Assembly (NCBI GenBank): GCA_045046875.1
Contig: JASFYY010000001.1
Coordinates: 1-20,722, forward strand
Source of the DNA: Verrucomicrobiota bacterium
Lineage (GTDB): Bacteria > Verrucomicrobiota > Verrucomicrobiia > Verrucomicrobiales > DEV007
Direction of reading: 5' to 3'
DNA length: 20,722 nt
This document shows, piece by piece, positions 1-7,687 of this stretch. The notes beneath the pieces are model-generated. The model was not told the origin of the DNA. It ran no database searches and was given only the letters and a program-made list of their open reading frames with translations. Position 1 is the stretch's first letter. Each line of letters begins with the position of its first letter. Position numbers and translations under genes: made by a program.

Positions 1-13
1 CAGCCCAACGACC

Positions 14-157
14 ATGCGACACGTAATTTTTTTCGGTATTTCGATTTGTTTGCTTTCCGTCGCCAGTGCGGAGAAACCACAGGGCGCCTCAGATGCCCCA
101 ACCCATGTTGATCATCGCGAGCTTAAGGAGCCGGTATATCAATCCATGCAGTTTTAG
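14..157 (+). CDS. Putative 47-aa secreted peptide or truncated secreted-protein gene (not in the ORF track)
   Basis: Manual translation ATG14..TAG157: MRHVIFFGISICLLSVASA-EKPQGASDAPTHVDHRELKEPVYQSMQF*. Basic N-terminus, hydrophobic core and A-S-A cleavage motif. The frame is also open to the window edge, so it could be the end of a longer gene. Confidence 0.4.
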   Translation: MRHVIFFGISICLLSVASAEKPQGASDAPTHVDHRELKEPVYQSMQF

Positions 158-170
158 GGGTGACTCCCCA
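153..170 (-). repeat. Left flanking motif of the RAYT-like gene (mini-palindrome GGGG-TGACT-CCCC)
   Basis: Minus strand 167..153 reads GGAGTCACCCCTAAA, matching plus-strand GGGGTCAGCCCTAGA at 1311-1325 at 12/15 positions, in inverted orientation on the other side of the transposase. Confidence 0.5.
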
Positions 171-183
171 AGCATAATAAAAG

Positions 184-211
184 TTGTCTTTGGAAAAATA
201 GCTGATAGGAT
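184..211 (+). promoter_or_regulatory. Possible sigma70-type promoter of the transposase
   Basis: TTGTCT(184-189)-N16-TAGGAT(206-211) with a TG extended -10 at 203-204, about 30 nt upstream of ATG242. Confidence 0.3.
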
Positions 212-241
212 GGGAAATCACAAGTAGAAAGGGAAGCGATT

Positions 242-1288
242 ATGAGGAAAATACGGGAGTTTTTGTTGGGGGCGGAGGGGCAGACGAATTATTATCATGT
301 GGTGAGCCGGACGGCGGGGCGGGATATCTTGTTTGGTGACGATGAGAAGGAGGTTTTTCGAATTTTGATGCTCAAGCAGTTGAAGTTCTCAGGGCTGCGG
401 GCGTTGGCGTGGTGTTTTATGGGTAATCATTTTCATTTGTTGCTGGAGGTGCCTGATAAGGAGATGGCTTTGGCTAGGTGGTCGCGGGAGGATTATTTGC
501 AAAAGCTCAGTGTTTTTAAGAGCGAGTGGACGACGAAGCAGGCGCTCGATGAGGTGGAGCGTTGCCGGGAAATGGGGGCGGAGAGTCGTTTGGATGAAAT
601 CGCTGAGTCGGTGAAGGGGCGTTTGTTTGATCTGTCGATGTTCATGAAGGAATTCAAGTTGAAGATGACTTTGGCCTACAATAAAAAACATGGGCGTTGT
701 GGGACTTTGTGGGAGGGGCCGTTTAAAAGCGTATTGTTACAGGGAGCGGACGAGGGTGAAAGCAGTGATGCGTTGCGCATGGTGGCGGCTTACATCGATC
801 TGAACCCGATTCGAGCGGGGCTGGCGAAGGAGCCGGAGGGCTACCGGTGGTGTTCCTATGCGGCTGCAGTGGCTGGTAATCGTGGAGCTCGTCAAGGGCT
901 GTGTTATGCTGTGACGGGGCGCAGTCGGGTGGCGTGGAAGAAAGTGGCGCAGGAATATCGCTGTTTGTTGTATGCGAAGGGAGAAGAGGTGGAGGCGGAT
1001 GTCACGGTGGACGGTTATAACAAAGCTAAAGGGGGATTCAGTCGGGAGAAAATCAAAGAAGTGTTGGAATTGGGCGGGCGTTTACCGGTGGCGGAGGTTT
1101 TGAGGTGCCGAGTGAGGTATTTCACCGATGGTGCGGTGTTGGGGAGTCAGCGCTATGTGGATGAGTTTTTTGAGAGCAAGAGGGATCAGTTCGGCGCGCG
1201 GCGTAAGGATGGTGGACGGAAAATGCGGGGAGCGCAGTGGGGAGATTTACGGGTATTGAGGGATTTGAAAGCGGATGTGATTCAGTAA
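242..1288 (+). CDS. rayT: REP-associated tyrosine transposase (RAYT)-like, IS200-superfamily Y1 HUH transposase
   Basis: YYHVVSR N-terminal strand, HUH motif in MGNHFHLL, GTLWEGPFKS, catalytic-Tyr helix YIDLNPIRAGL, YRWCSY. At 348 aa it has a helical insert after HUH and a C-terminal CRVRYFTDGAVLGS extension. No tnpB adjacent. Confidence 0.88.
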   Translation: MRKIREFLLGAEGQTNYYHVVSRTAGRDILFGDDEKEVFRILMLKQLKFSGLRALAWCFMGNHFHLLLEVPDKEMALARWSREDYLQKLSVFKSEWTTKQALDEVERCREMGAESRLDEIAESVKGRLFDLSMFMKEFKLKMTLAYNKKHGRCGTLWEGPFKSVLLQGADEGESSDALRMVAAYIDLNPIRAGLAKEPEGYRWCSYAAAVAGNRGARQGLCYAVTGRSRVAWKKVAQEYRCLLYAKGEEVEADVTVDGYNKAKGGFSREKIKEVLELGGRLPVAEVLRCRVRYFTDGAVLGSQRYVDEFFESKRDQFGARRKDGGRKMRGAQWGDLRVLRDLKADVIQ

Positions 1289-1309
1289 TCGCTGTGGACA
1301 TGCAACGCG

Positions 1310-1325
1310 TGGGGTCAGCCCTAGA
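1310..1325 (+). repeat. Right flanking motif of the RAYT-like gene (TGGGGTCAGCCCTAGA)
   Basis: About 20 nt after the stop codon; inverted counterpart of 153-167; shares TGGGGTC with the motifs at 2994 and 12694. Confidence 0.5.
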
Positions 1326-1352
1326 GAACAACTGAAGGTGATTGGCGCTTGT

Positions 1353-2897
1353 TCACGCCCATAAATTACGATCCAAACTGCGGTATTGAATCGCTTCGAG
1401 CAGGTGTTGCGGCTGGATCTGCTCTACGGCTTCGAGATCAGCTAAGGTGCGCGATACTTTGAGAATGCGGTCGTGGGCGCGGGCGGAAAAGTTGAGCTCG
1501 TTCATCGCTTGTTCGAGCAAGGCGTGGGACTCGGCTTCGAGCTGGCAGTGCTGGCGGACGAGCTTGGAGGGCATGATGCTGTTGGTGGTGACACCGTTCT
1601 CTTGGTCGAAACGTTGTTGTTGAATATGGCGGCATTTTTCAACTCGGCTGCGGATGGTTGCAGAGTCGTCACCACTGTCACCGCTGCTGGACAACTGTTT
1701 GTAATCAACGCTGGGCACTTCGACGTGCAGGTCGATGCGGTCGAGCAGGGGGCCGGAGATGCGCTGACGGTATTTTTCGATTTGCCCAGCGGAGCAGCGG
1801 CATTGTTTTTTTGGATCACCGAGGTAACCACAGGGACAGGGGTTCATCGCGGCGATCATCATGAACTCGCTGGGGAAGGTGAAGGTGCCGGCGGCGCGGG
1901 AAATGGTGACTTGCCCGTCCTCCAAAGGCTGGCGCAGGACTTCGAGGGTGGAGCGACGAAACTCGGGCAGCTCGTCGAGAAAAAGGATGCCGTTCTGAGC
2001 CAGGCTGACTTCGCCGGGGGATGGGTGGCTGGTGCCGCCGAGCAGTCCGGCATCGGAGATGGTGTGGTGCGGCGAGCGGAAGGGGCGGGTGGCGATGAAG
2101 CTGTGACGGCTGTCGATCAGGCCGGCGACACTGTGAATCTTGGTGGTTTCGATGGCTTCGCTTTCGGTCATCGGCGGCATGATGGTGGCCATGCGTTTGG
2201 CGAGCATCGACTTGCCTGTACCAGGAGGGCCGATCATCAGGGCATTGTGTCCGCCGGCCACAGCGACTTCGAGCGCGCGTTTGACGTGGGCCTGGCCTTT
2301 GACGTCATTGAAATCGATGTCATAACGGGATTGCTGTTTAAAAAAATCCTCGCGGTCGATTTTCTCTGGAGCGATGTTGCCTTCCCCTTTGAGTAAGTTG
2401 ATGGCGGCCTGGAGATCAGGGATGGCGTAAACGTAGATGCCTGCGACCAGACTGGCTTCGCGTGCGTTTTCTGCCGGCACCAGGATGGCTTTGTGTCCTG
2501 CGGCTTTGGCTTCGAGAGTGAGCGAGAGGATGCCTTTGACTGGTCGCACCCGGCCATCGAGGGCGAGCTCGCCAACGATGGAGCATTGTTCGAGCGCACC
2601 GGCTTTGAGATCTTCGCCGAGGGCGATGATGCCCACGGCGATAGGCAGATCAAAACTGGGGCCTTCCTTGCGCACATCGGCAGGGGCGAGGTTGATGGTG
2701 GTGCGGCCTTTGGGTTTGCGGTAGGCGGCATTGCCGATGGCGGTCCAAACCCGGTCGCGGCTTTCTTTAACCGCCACATCAGGCAAGCCGACGATGACGA
2801 TGCTGGGATCCCCATCACCTTCGTTGACTTCGATCTCGATACTGAGCGCATCGACTCCATGGAGAGCGCCGGAATGGACGCGAGTGAGACTGGACAT
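1353..2897 (-). CDS. comM: YifB/ComM family Mg-chelatase-like AAA+ ATPase (competence-associated DNA helicase)
   Basis: N-terminal [38 protein letters not shown], Walker [16 protein letters not shown], Walker [42 protein letters not shown]; full length 514 aa. Confidence 0.95.
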   Translation of the reverse strand: MSSLTRVHSGALHGVDALSIEIEVNEGDGDPSIVIVGLPDVAVKESRDRVWTAIGNAAYRKPKGRTTINLAPADVRKEGPSFDLPIAVGIIALGEDLKAGALEQCSIVGELALDGRVRPVKGILSLTLEAKAAGHKAILVPAENAREASLVAGIYVYAIPDLQAAINLLKGEGNIAPEKIDREDFFKQQSRYDIDFNDVKGQAHVKRALEVAVAGGHNALMIGPPGTGKSMLAKRMATIMPPMTESEAIETTKIHSVAGLIDSRHSFIATRPFRSPHHTISDAGLLGGTSHPSPGEVSLAQNGILFLDELPEFRRSTLEVLRQPLEDGQVTISRAAGTFTFPSEFMMIAAMNPCPCGYLGDPKKQCRCSAGQIEKYRQRISGPLLDRIDLHVEVPSVDYKQLSSSGDSGDDSATIRSRVEKCRHIQQQRFDQENGVTTNSIMPSKLVRQHCQLEAESHALLEQAMNELNFSARAHDRILKVSRTLADLEAVEQIQPQHLLEAIQYRSLDRNLWA

Positions 2898-2906
2898 GAT
2901 CTGAAA

Positions 2907-2935
2907 ATGGTGGCAGATCAGCGTGGCGGGGGCAA
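2907..2935 (-). promoter_or_regulatory. Possible promoter giving a near-leaderless comM transcript
   Basis: Minus strand TTGCCC-N17-CACCAT with a TG extension; the -10 lies 9 nt from the ATG and there is no Shine-Dalgarno. Confidence 0.3.
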
Positions 2936-2989
2936 TGCTTTTGCATACCTTTAATCCCGATTTTTAGTTTAAACTTAGCAAAATAGTCA

Positions 2990-3018
2990 AAAATGGGGTC
3001 GGGCTGGAATGGTATTGA
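2990..3018 (+). repeat. Dispersed intergenic AAAATGGGGTCRGGC motif, copy A
   Basis: AAAATGGGGTCGGGCTGGAAT..TTGA aligns with AAAATGGGGTCAGGCAACAAT..TTGA at 12690; 14 of the first 15 nt are identical. Confidence 0.55.
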
Positions 3019-3098
3019 TTGGGCGAAAGATCTAATCGAGGCAATATTTCGGCCTAATTGACGCAAGCCTAAGCTTGCTTGTGGGGAGTGGAAGTCTG

Positions 3099-4307
3099 TC
3101 AGGCAATCAATCCGAGATTCGTTCTTTTTGCTCCCGGGAATACCGCGTCGATATGGGAGTTTCCGGTAACATCCTCCAGCACCTCACCCAGTACAGAGCG
3201 ATAATCGTAGGAGATGCGGAGACCGCCGGGGCCGTCGGCAGCTTCATTTTTCATTGCTGGCCAGGGGCCATGTATGGTTCCGCCTTTGATGCGCCCTCCC
3301 ATGACCATCATCGCAAAACCACGGCCGTGATCGGTTCCCAGCGAAGCATTTTCGTACAGCCGCCGGCCAAATTCCGTCATTACAACTGTGGTCACCCGGT
3401 GCCGAACCGTCTTCAGATCCTGATCAAAAGCGGCCAGTGCATTGGCCAGTATTTCGACTTTTTTGCCGTGGAAGCTGGATAGTGCTCCTTGGAAAAAATG
3501 TGTGTCCCAACCGCCAAAATCAACGCAGGCCACTTCCAAGCCAACATCTGCTTTGATCAGGCGTGCAATCTCCCGGAGACCGGTTGCCATTTTATGGTCG
3601 GGATAGTCTACTCCATTTTCAGGGACGTATTTTTGTTTGCGGATCTCTCGAACCCGCTGCAAAAGATCAACGGTTTCACGTCCTTGTTTTCCTAGCGCGG
3701 TTGCTTCTGCTCCGTATAAGCGTGAAAGTATCTGAGCAACCGCCTCGGGTTGACTGGCCCGGGTTTTTAATTCCAGATCTTCGAGTGACTGCAAAACACT
3801 TGCTGCCGGGGCTCCGCGCAAGGATTCAGGCATTATTGAACCGATGGCAACAGCCGACAGGGAAGTGGCGAGGCCTCCGCTGCGCGATCTTAAATGTCGC
3901 CCCAACCAGCCTCCGCCAATCGTTTCGCCAAAGGCCTCTCCATGTTCCATCTGATCCTGACATTCAAAGTGCGAGCCGCTGGTATTGTCCATACCCACTC
4001 CTTGAATCACTGCGAGGCGGCCCTCGTCAAAAACCGCTTTGAGCTTTTCCATTTTTGGATTCAAGCCGTAGTGCCCATCCAGATCCAGAGCGCTGTCCTT
4101 GCCGGTTTTTTTTGGTCGAGCTATTCCAATGGTTGGACGTTGGCGGTAATATTCGTCATCCTCATAGGGAATAAACATGTTCAGGGTATCGGCTCCGCCC
4201 CTGAGAAATAAACAAACCAGAGTGTGCTCCGGATTGCTGGCTGCGACTATGGCATTCCCTGTTAGCAGGTTTTGAATAAAACTTCGTCTGTCAGCGATTG
4301 GGTTCAT
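3099..4307 (-). CDS. DUF1501 domain protein (alkaline-phosphatase/sulfatase-like superfamily)
   Basis: LVCLFLRGGADTLN..PY, YYRQRPTI, SHF, GGWLGR, GGWDTH, MTEFGRR..EN..GTDHG..GG.IKGG; directly downstream of DUF1800, the usual gene pair; N-terminal RRSFI. Confidence 0.92.
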   Translation of the reverse strand: MNPIADRRSFIQNLLTGNAIVAASNPEHTLVCLFLRGGADTLNMFIPYEDDEYYRQRPTIGIARPKKTGKDSALDLDGHYGLNPKMEKLKAVFDEGRLAVIQGVGMDNTSGSHFECQDQMEHGEAFGETIGGGWLGRHLRSRSGGLATSLSAVAIGSIMPESLRGAPAASVLQSLEDLELKTRASQPEAVAQILSRLYGAEATALGKQGRETVDLLQRVREIRKQKYVPENGVDYPDHKMATGLREIARLIKADVGLEVACVDFGGWDTHFFQGALSSFHGKKVEILANALAAFDQDLKTVRHRVTTVVMTEFGRRLYENASLGTDHGRGFAMMVMGGRIKGGTIHGPWPAMKNEAADGPGGLRISYDYRSVLGEVLEDVTGNSHIDAVFPGAKRTNLGLIA

Positions 4308-4319
4308 GATCCTATTTTC

Positions 4320-5855
4320 TTAGCATTTCTGGAAAGCGGGAGAGGCCATTAATACTGCGAGCAATTCCACTTGTTGTTTTGGATGTTTGTTTTTGTTATC
4401 AAAGCTCGCCTGGTATTCCTCAATCGTTTTGATTTCATTTATTGTCGCTTGCCTGCCGAATAAATAGGCTGCAATCGTTTCGGTGGAAATGTCTTTTCCG
4501 TGAAAGGCATTTATCGATTTTGCCAGTTTTTCCAACTGAAGTTTCACATCGGGAATTTCATCGTTCACCACGCCGAAAGCAAAATTCCAGCGCCACAGCA
4601 AGGTTCCCATCCAGGGCATCGCTTCTTCCGGATAACCATCTGGGGTGGGGTGTGAAAACGGGGTTTGCCCCATGCGGTTGAAGTATTCGATGAGAGGTTT
4701 GTGGACATGGGTGTTGGCACCAAGCACTCGCAGGGTTGAGACGATGTAACGGAAGGGTCGTTTGAAACGCAGACCTTTTGATTGTTTGAATTCATCCGAC
4801 AATAGGATGGTTCGCAACATGGTCTTGATATCGCCTTTGGATTTTGTGAAATCCGCAGTAACTCGTGAAACCAGGGTTTCAGGAGGCTCATAACTGACAA
4901 AACGGCGACAAAGTTTTAACGAAATATACCGGGCTGTAGCAGGGTGTTCGCACACGGTGTCGATCAGGTCTTCGAGATCTTTTTCTCCATCGTTGCCTTT
5001 TCTTGAAGGGATGGTTTTCCCCAGAATTGTTTTTTCTCCGTCGTCGTGGTGTGTGGGTTTGAAATAAACCGAGCCACGGTTGAGAAATGACTTTTTTTTC
5101 TTAATGGTCCAGCCCGTCAAGCAGCGGGCAGCTTCGCTCACATCTTTTTGAGTGTATCCGCCATGCACTCCCATGGTGTGTAATTCCATCAATTCACGGG
5201 AGTAATTCTCATTTGGAACATCATCGGTTCCCTTTCGCTTTCTATTCTCTTTGCCATCAAGGTAAACCAGCATGGCAGGCGATGTGACCGATGCCCGGAT
5301 AAGGTCACGGAAGTTCCCCAGGGCATGTTTGCGAATCACGTTGAGATCATCCCATGGCTTGAAATAGACACAGTCACCCTTGCCCAGATCAATATTCAGG
5401 TGATCAGTCCAAAACCCGACCATCACTTCAAACAACTGTCGTTTGCTGTAGATAGCTCTTAGTAGGGTGTGGCGCGATAACTCTTCTCTTAATACGGTTT
5501 TTTTGAATTCATAGGCATTGCCCGGTTGGAAAAATACCGACTCAAAGCGTCGTGCACGTAATTCACAGGCGGTATCGTCGATGGTCGACGGTTGCAATTG
5601 TTGCTCGATCCACGATTGGGCGCCGGTAGACTTCACGTGGGAAATGTCACCTGGCCATGGGCCGTAGGCCGCCCGGTTGAGCAGGTGGTGGCTGTCGTCG
5701 ATGTTCGCGGACTCTGCTACGAAAACCTTACCCGGCAATTTTTGACCGAAATGCCGAGTCACCGAGCTGATTGTTTTTTCACAACTCGCCAGGGCCAGCG
5801 TACTGCCAGCTAGTGCAGCTCCCTTTAGACTGTCTCGCCGAGTGACCTTTTTCAT
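4320..5855 (-). CDS. DUF1800 domain protein with Tat lipoprotein signal
   Basis: HLLNRAAYG, QLFEVMVGFWTDHLN, IRKHALGNFRDL, SPAMLVYLD, NENYSRELMELHTMG..YTQKDV..AARCLTGW, HDDGEKTILG; N-terminus TRRDSLK...LASC (Cys25). Confidence 0.93.
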   Translation of the reverse strand: MKKVTRRDSLKGAALAGSTLALASCEKTISSVTRHFGQKLPGKVFVAESANIDDSHHLLNRAAYGPWPGDISHVKSTGAQSWIEQQLQPSTIDDTACELRARRFESVFFQPGNAYEFKKTVLREELSRHTLLRAIYSKRQLFEVMVGFWTDHLNIDLGKGDCVYFKPWDDLNVIRKHALGNFRDLIRASVTSPAMLVYLDGKENRKRKGTDDVPNENYSRELMELHTMGVHGGYTQKDVSEAARCLTGWTIKKKKSFLNRGSVYFKPTHHDDGEKTILGKTIPSRKGNDGEKDLEDLIDTVCEHPATARYISLKLCRRFVSYEPPETLVSRVTADFTKSKGDIKTMLRTILLSDEFKQSKGLRFKRPFRYIVSTLRVLGANTHVHKPLIEYFNRMGQTPFSHPTPDGYPEEAMPWMGTLLWRWNFAFGVVNDEIPDVKLQLEKLAKSINAFHGKDISTETIAAYLFGRQATINEIKTIEEYQASFDNKNKHPKQQVELLAVLMASPAFQKC

Positions 5856-5889
5856 CTTGATACCGGGTTGGTGTAGGGCGGTTTACCTC

Positions 5890-6423
5890 TCAAACGCTTG
5901 GTTCAGGCTCTGCTACGGTGTGCTTTCCTGCTAGAGGTTCAAGCGCACTTTTTTTTGAGAAAATGCTTCGAAGCATTGCACCGAATCCGATCACAATGGT
6001 TATTAGAGGTAACAAAACCCAACCAATGATGGGAAACAGGAATGTCATAACCAGGGCAATGCCACCTCGACCAGTGACTCGGAATGCTGAGATATCTTCG
6101 CCTTCTTTGCCGAGCCTTTCTCCGATTAAAGTTGCCAGACCGGCCACGCCAACCTGGCTGAAAAAGAAGCCGATGCCCAGAACAAGTCCACCGAGAAAGG
6201 CGACCGGGCCACCTGCTTGAAGCAGTACGATTCCAACCGTCATTGTGATCGTTGTAGGGACCACTCCCCAGAGAAAACATTTCAATGACTGATTGGCGGT
6301 TTTTTCAGAAGCTTGCCGGACTTTATTTGGCCAGAGGGCTCGAGCGACTAGCCAGAAAGCCGGGTAGGCAATAATAAAACTGAGGGCGATTAAGAGTATT
6401 TTGAAAGTATCTGCAAATAACAT
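5890..6423 (-). CDS. Uncharacterised multi-pass membrane protein (about 5 hydrophobic segments)
   Basis: Hydrophobic Gly-rich ORF with FLFPIIGW..IGFGA; start reassigned to ATG6423, preceded by AAGGAG 5 nt upstream; 34 nt upstream of DUF1800 on the same strand. Confidence 0.8.
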   Translation of the reverse strand: MLFADTFKILLIALSFIIAYPAFWLVARALWPNKVRQASEKTANQSLKCFLWGVVPTTITMTVGIVLLQAGGPVAFLGGLVLGIGFFFSQVGVAGLATLIGERLGKEGEDISAFRVTGRGGIALVMTFLFPIIGWVLLPLITIVIGFGAMLRSIFSKKSALEPLAGKHTVAEPEPSV

Positions 6424-6489
6424 GATTTTCTCCTTTTTCTGTAGGGCAAAATTTTTCACCCAGGGTTGATTGTGTTGTCAAAAAACAAA

Positions 6490-6516
6490 GACGCTACGTT
6501 ATTGGAAACCGTTACA
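6490..6516 (-). promoter_or_regulatory. ECF sigma factor-type promoter for the membrane protein-DUF1800-DUF1501 operon
   Basis: Minus strand TGTAAC(6516-6511)-N17-CGTC(6493-6490), matching the AAC/CGT ECF pattern; about 65 nt upstream of ATG6423. Confidence 0.5.
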
Positions 6517-6806
6517 AATTTTTTGGTGATGCAGATTACAGGAGGTCTTATTCGTGTCAGTTAGAGCAGAGAGGATCTTTATATGCGCGAGGGATGTCGC
6601 TATATGGTCGGCGGGAATGTCATTCCGCAGAGGGGTTTGCAGAATGAAGCATTCAGAAGCGATTCCGTTGATCCGAGGTTTTTTGCGTCCGATGGGACTC
6701 TTTAGTCAGAGAGGAGCTTGAATGGGGGTGATTTCGACAGTCAAAGGCCGTTGCGCAGATTATACCAATTTTACTCAATAAACACCTAGATTGAAATGAT
6801 TAGGAC

Positions 6807-6878
6807 TTTATCTATATGGGATAAACCATGGACGGTGGATTTTATGTGAGAAAAAGTTTAGTTTTCACATGAATTCAT
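6807..6878. promoter_or_regulatory. Cluster of candidate operator palindromes upstream of the sugar cluster
   Basis: TTTATC-N7-GATAAA (6807-6825), ATGTGA-N15-TCACAT (6844-6870) and perfect ATGAATTCAT (6869-6878) in an AT-rich leader. Confidence 0.3.
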
Positions 6879-6901
6879 TCTATCTTTTGATTTGGTAAAA
6901 T

Positions 6902-7687
6902 ATGCTGACAGATAAAAAAATTGTGATTGTGGGAGGTACGACCGGCTTAGGATTGTCGGCTGCATTGGCGTTTACCGAGCGCAAGGCAAGGGTGGTGGTG
7001 GTTGGCAGGAGCTCGGAAAGCTGTGCGGCGGCGCAAGCACAGTTGAGTGGTGCTGGACTCGCGATTGTCGGTGATGCCACTGATGAAAAAACCGCAAGCA
7101 AGGCGATCGAGTTGTGTCGTGAGAAGTTTGGCGGGTTTACGGGTCTGTATCATGTGGCTGGTGGCAGTGGGCGCAAGGCAGGGGACGGCCCTTTGCATGA
7201 ATTGACTCTGGAGGGTTGGAATAAAACTTTGGAACTTAATTTGAGCTCCATCATGTTGTCCAACAGGGCGGCGGTGAAGGCATTCATAGAGCGGGGCGAA
7301 GGGGGGGCGATCCTAAACATGGGCTCGGTGTTGGCTTATTCTCCTTCACCTAAATTCTTTTCAACCCATGCCTACGCGGCGGCCAAGGCGGCTATCATTG
7401 GGTTCAGCAAATCGATAGCGGCTTATTACGCTGGTGATGATATCAGGGTTAATGTGATCGCTCCGGCGCTGGTGGAAACGCCAATGGCGCAGCGGGCAGC
7501 TGAAGATGATACGATTTTGAAATTCATCAAAAGCAAACAACCTTTGCGGGGCGGACGCATAGGCCAGCCCGCGGATTTGGATGGAATGGTCTCGCTGTTG
7601 CTGTCGGATCAGGCGGATTTTATAACGGGGCAGGTTTTGACGGTGGACGGTGGGTGGACGGTTTCAGAGGGACAGTATGAAGGGTAA
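6902..7687 (+). CDS. Short-chain dehydrogenase/reductase (classical SDR)
   Basis: GGTTGLG Rossmann motif, HVAG at the NNAG position, NMGS, catalytic YAAAK, IRVNVIAPA, FITGQVLTVDGG. Confidence 0.93.
   Translation: MLTDKKIVIVGGTTGLGLSAALAFTERKARVVVVGRSSESCAAAQAQLSGAGLAIVGDATDEKTASKAIELCREKFGGFTGLYHVAGGSGRKAGDGPLHELTLEGWNKTLELNLSSIMLSNRAAVKAFIERGEGGAILNMGSVLAYSPSPKFFSTHAYAAAKAAIIGFSKSIAAYYAGDDIRVNVIAPALVETPMAQRAAEDDTILKFIKSKQPLRGGRIGQPADLDGMVSLLLSDQADFITGQVLTVDGGWTVSEGQYEG

Noticed and set aside
242..1352. IS605-type element with TnpB/IscB or an omega RNA
   Set aside because: No RuvC-like ORF; only 64 nt lie between the transposase and comM stop codons.
1473..2396. 307-aa plus-strand ORF and other ORFs overlapping comM
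   Set aside because: Antisense shadow of a well-conserved high-GC gene; no recognisable motifs.
3063..3078. GCAAGC-CTAA-GCTTGC hairpin after DUF1501 as an intrinsic terminator
   Set aside because: Short stem with no U-tract on the minus strand.
6845..6869. TGTGA...TCACA as a CRP site
   Set aside because: The spacer is 15 nt, not the 6 nt CRP requires; kept only as a generic palindrome.
7650..7676. ORF-track N-terminal extensions (7650, also 9322 and 6459)
   Set aside because: Downstream ATGs at 7677, 9388 and 6423 give coupling overlaps or a clear SD and start at the family's first motif.
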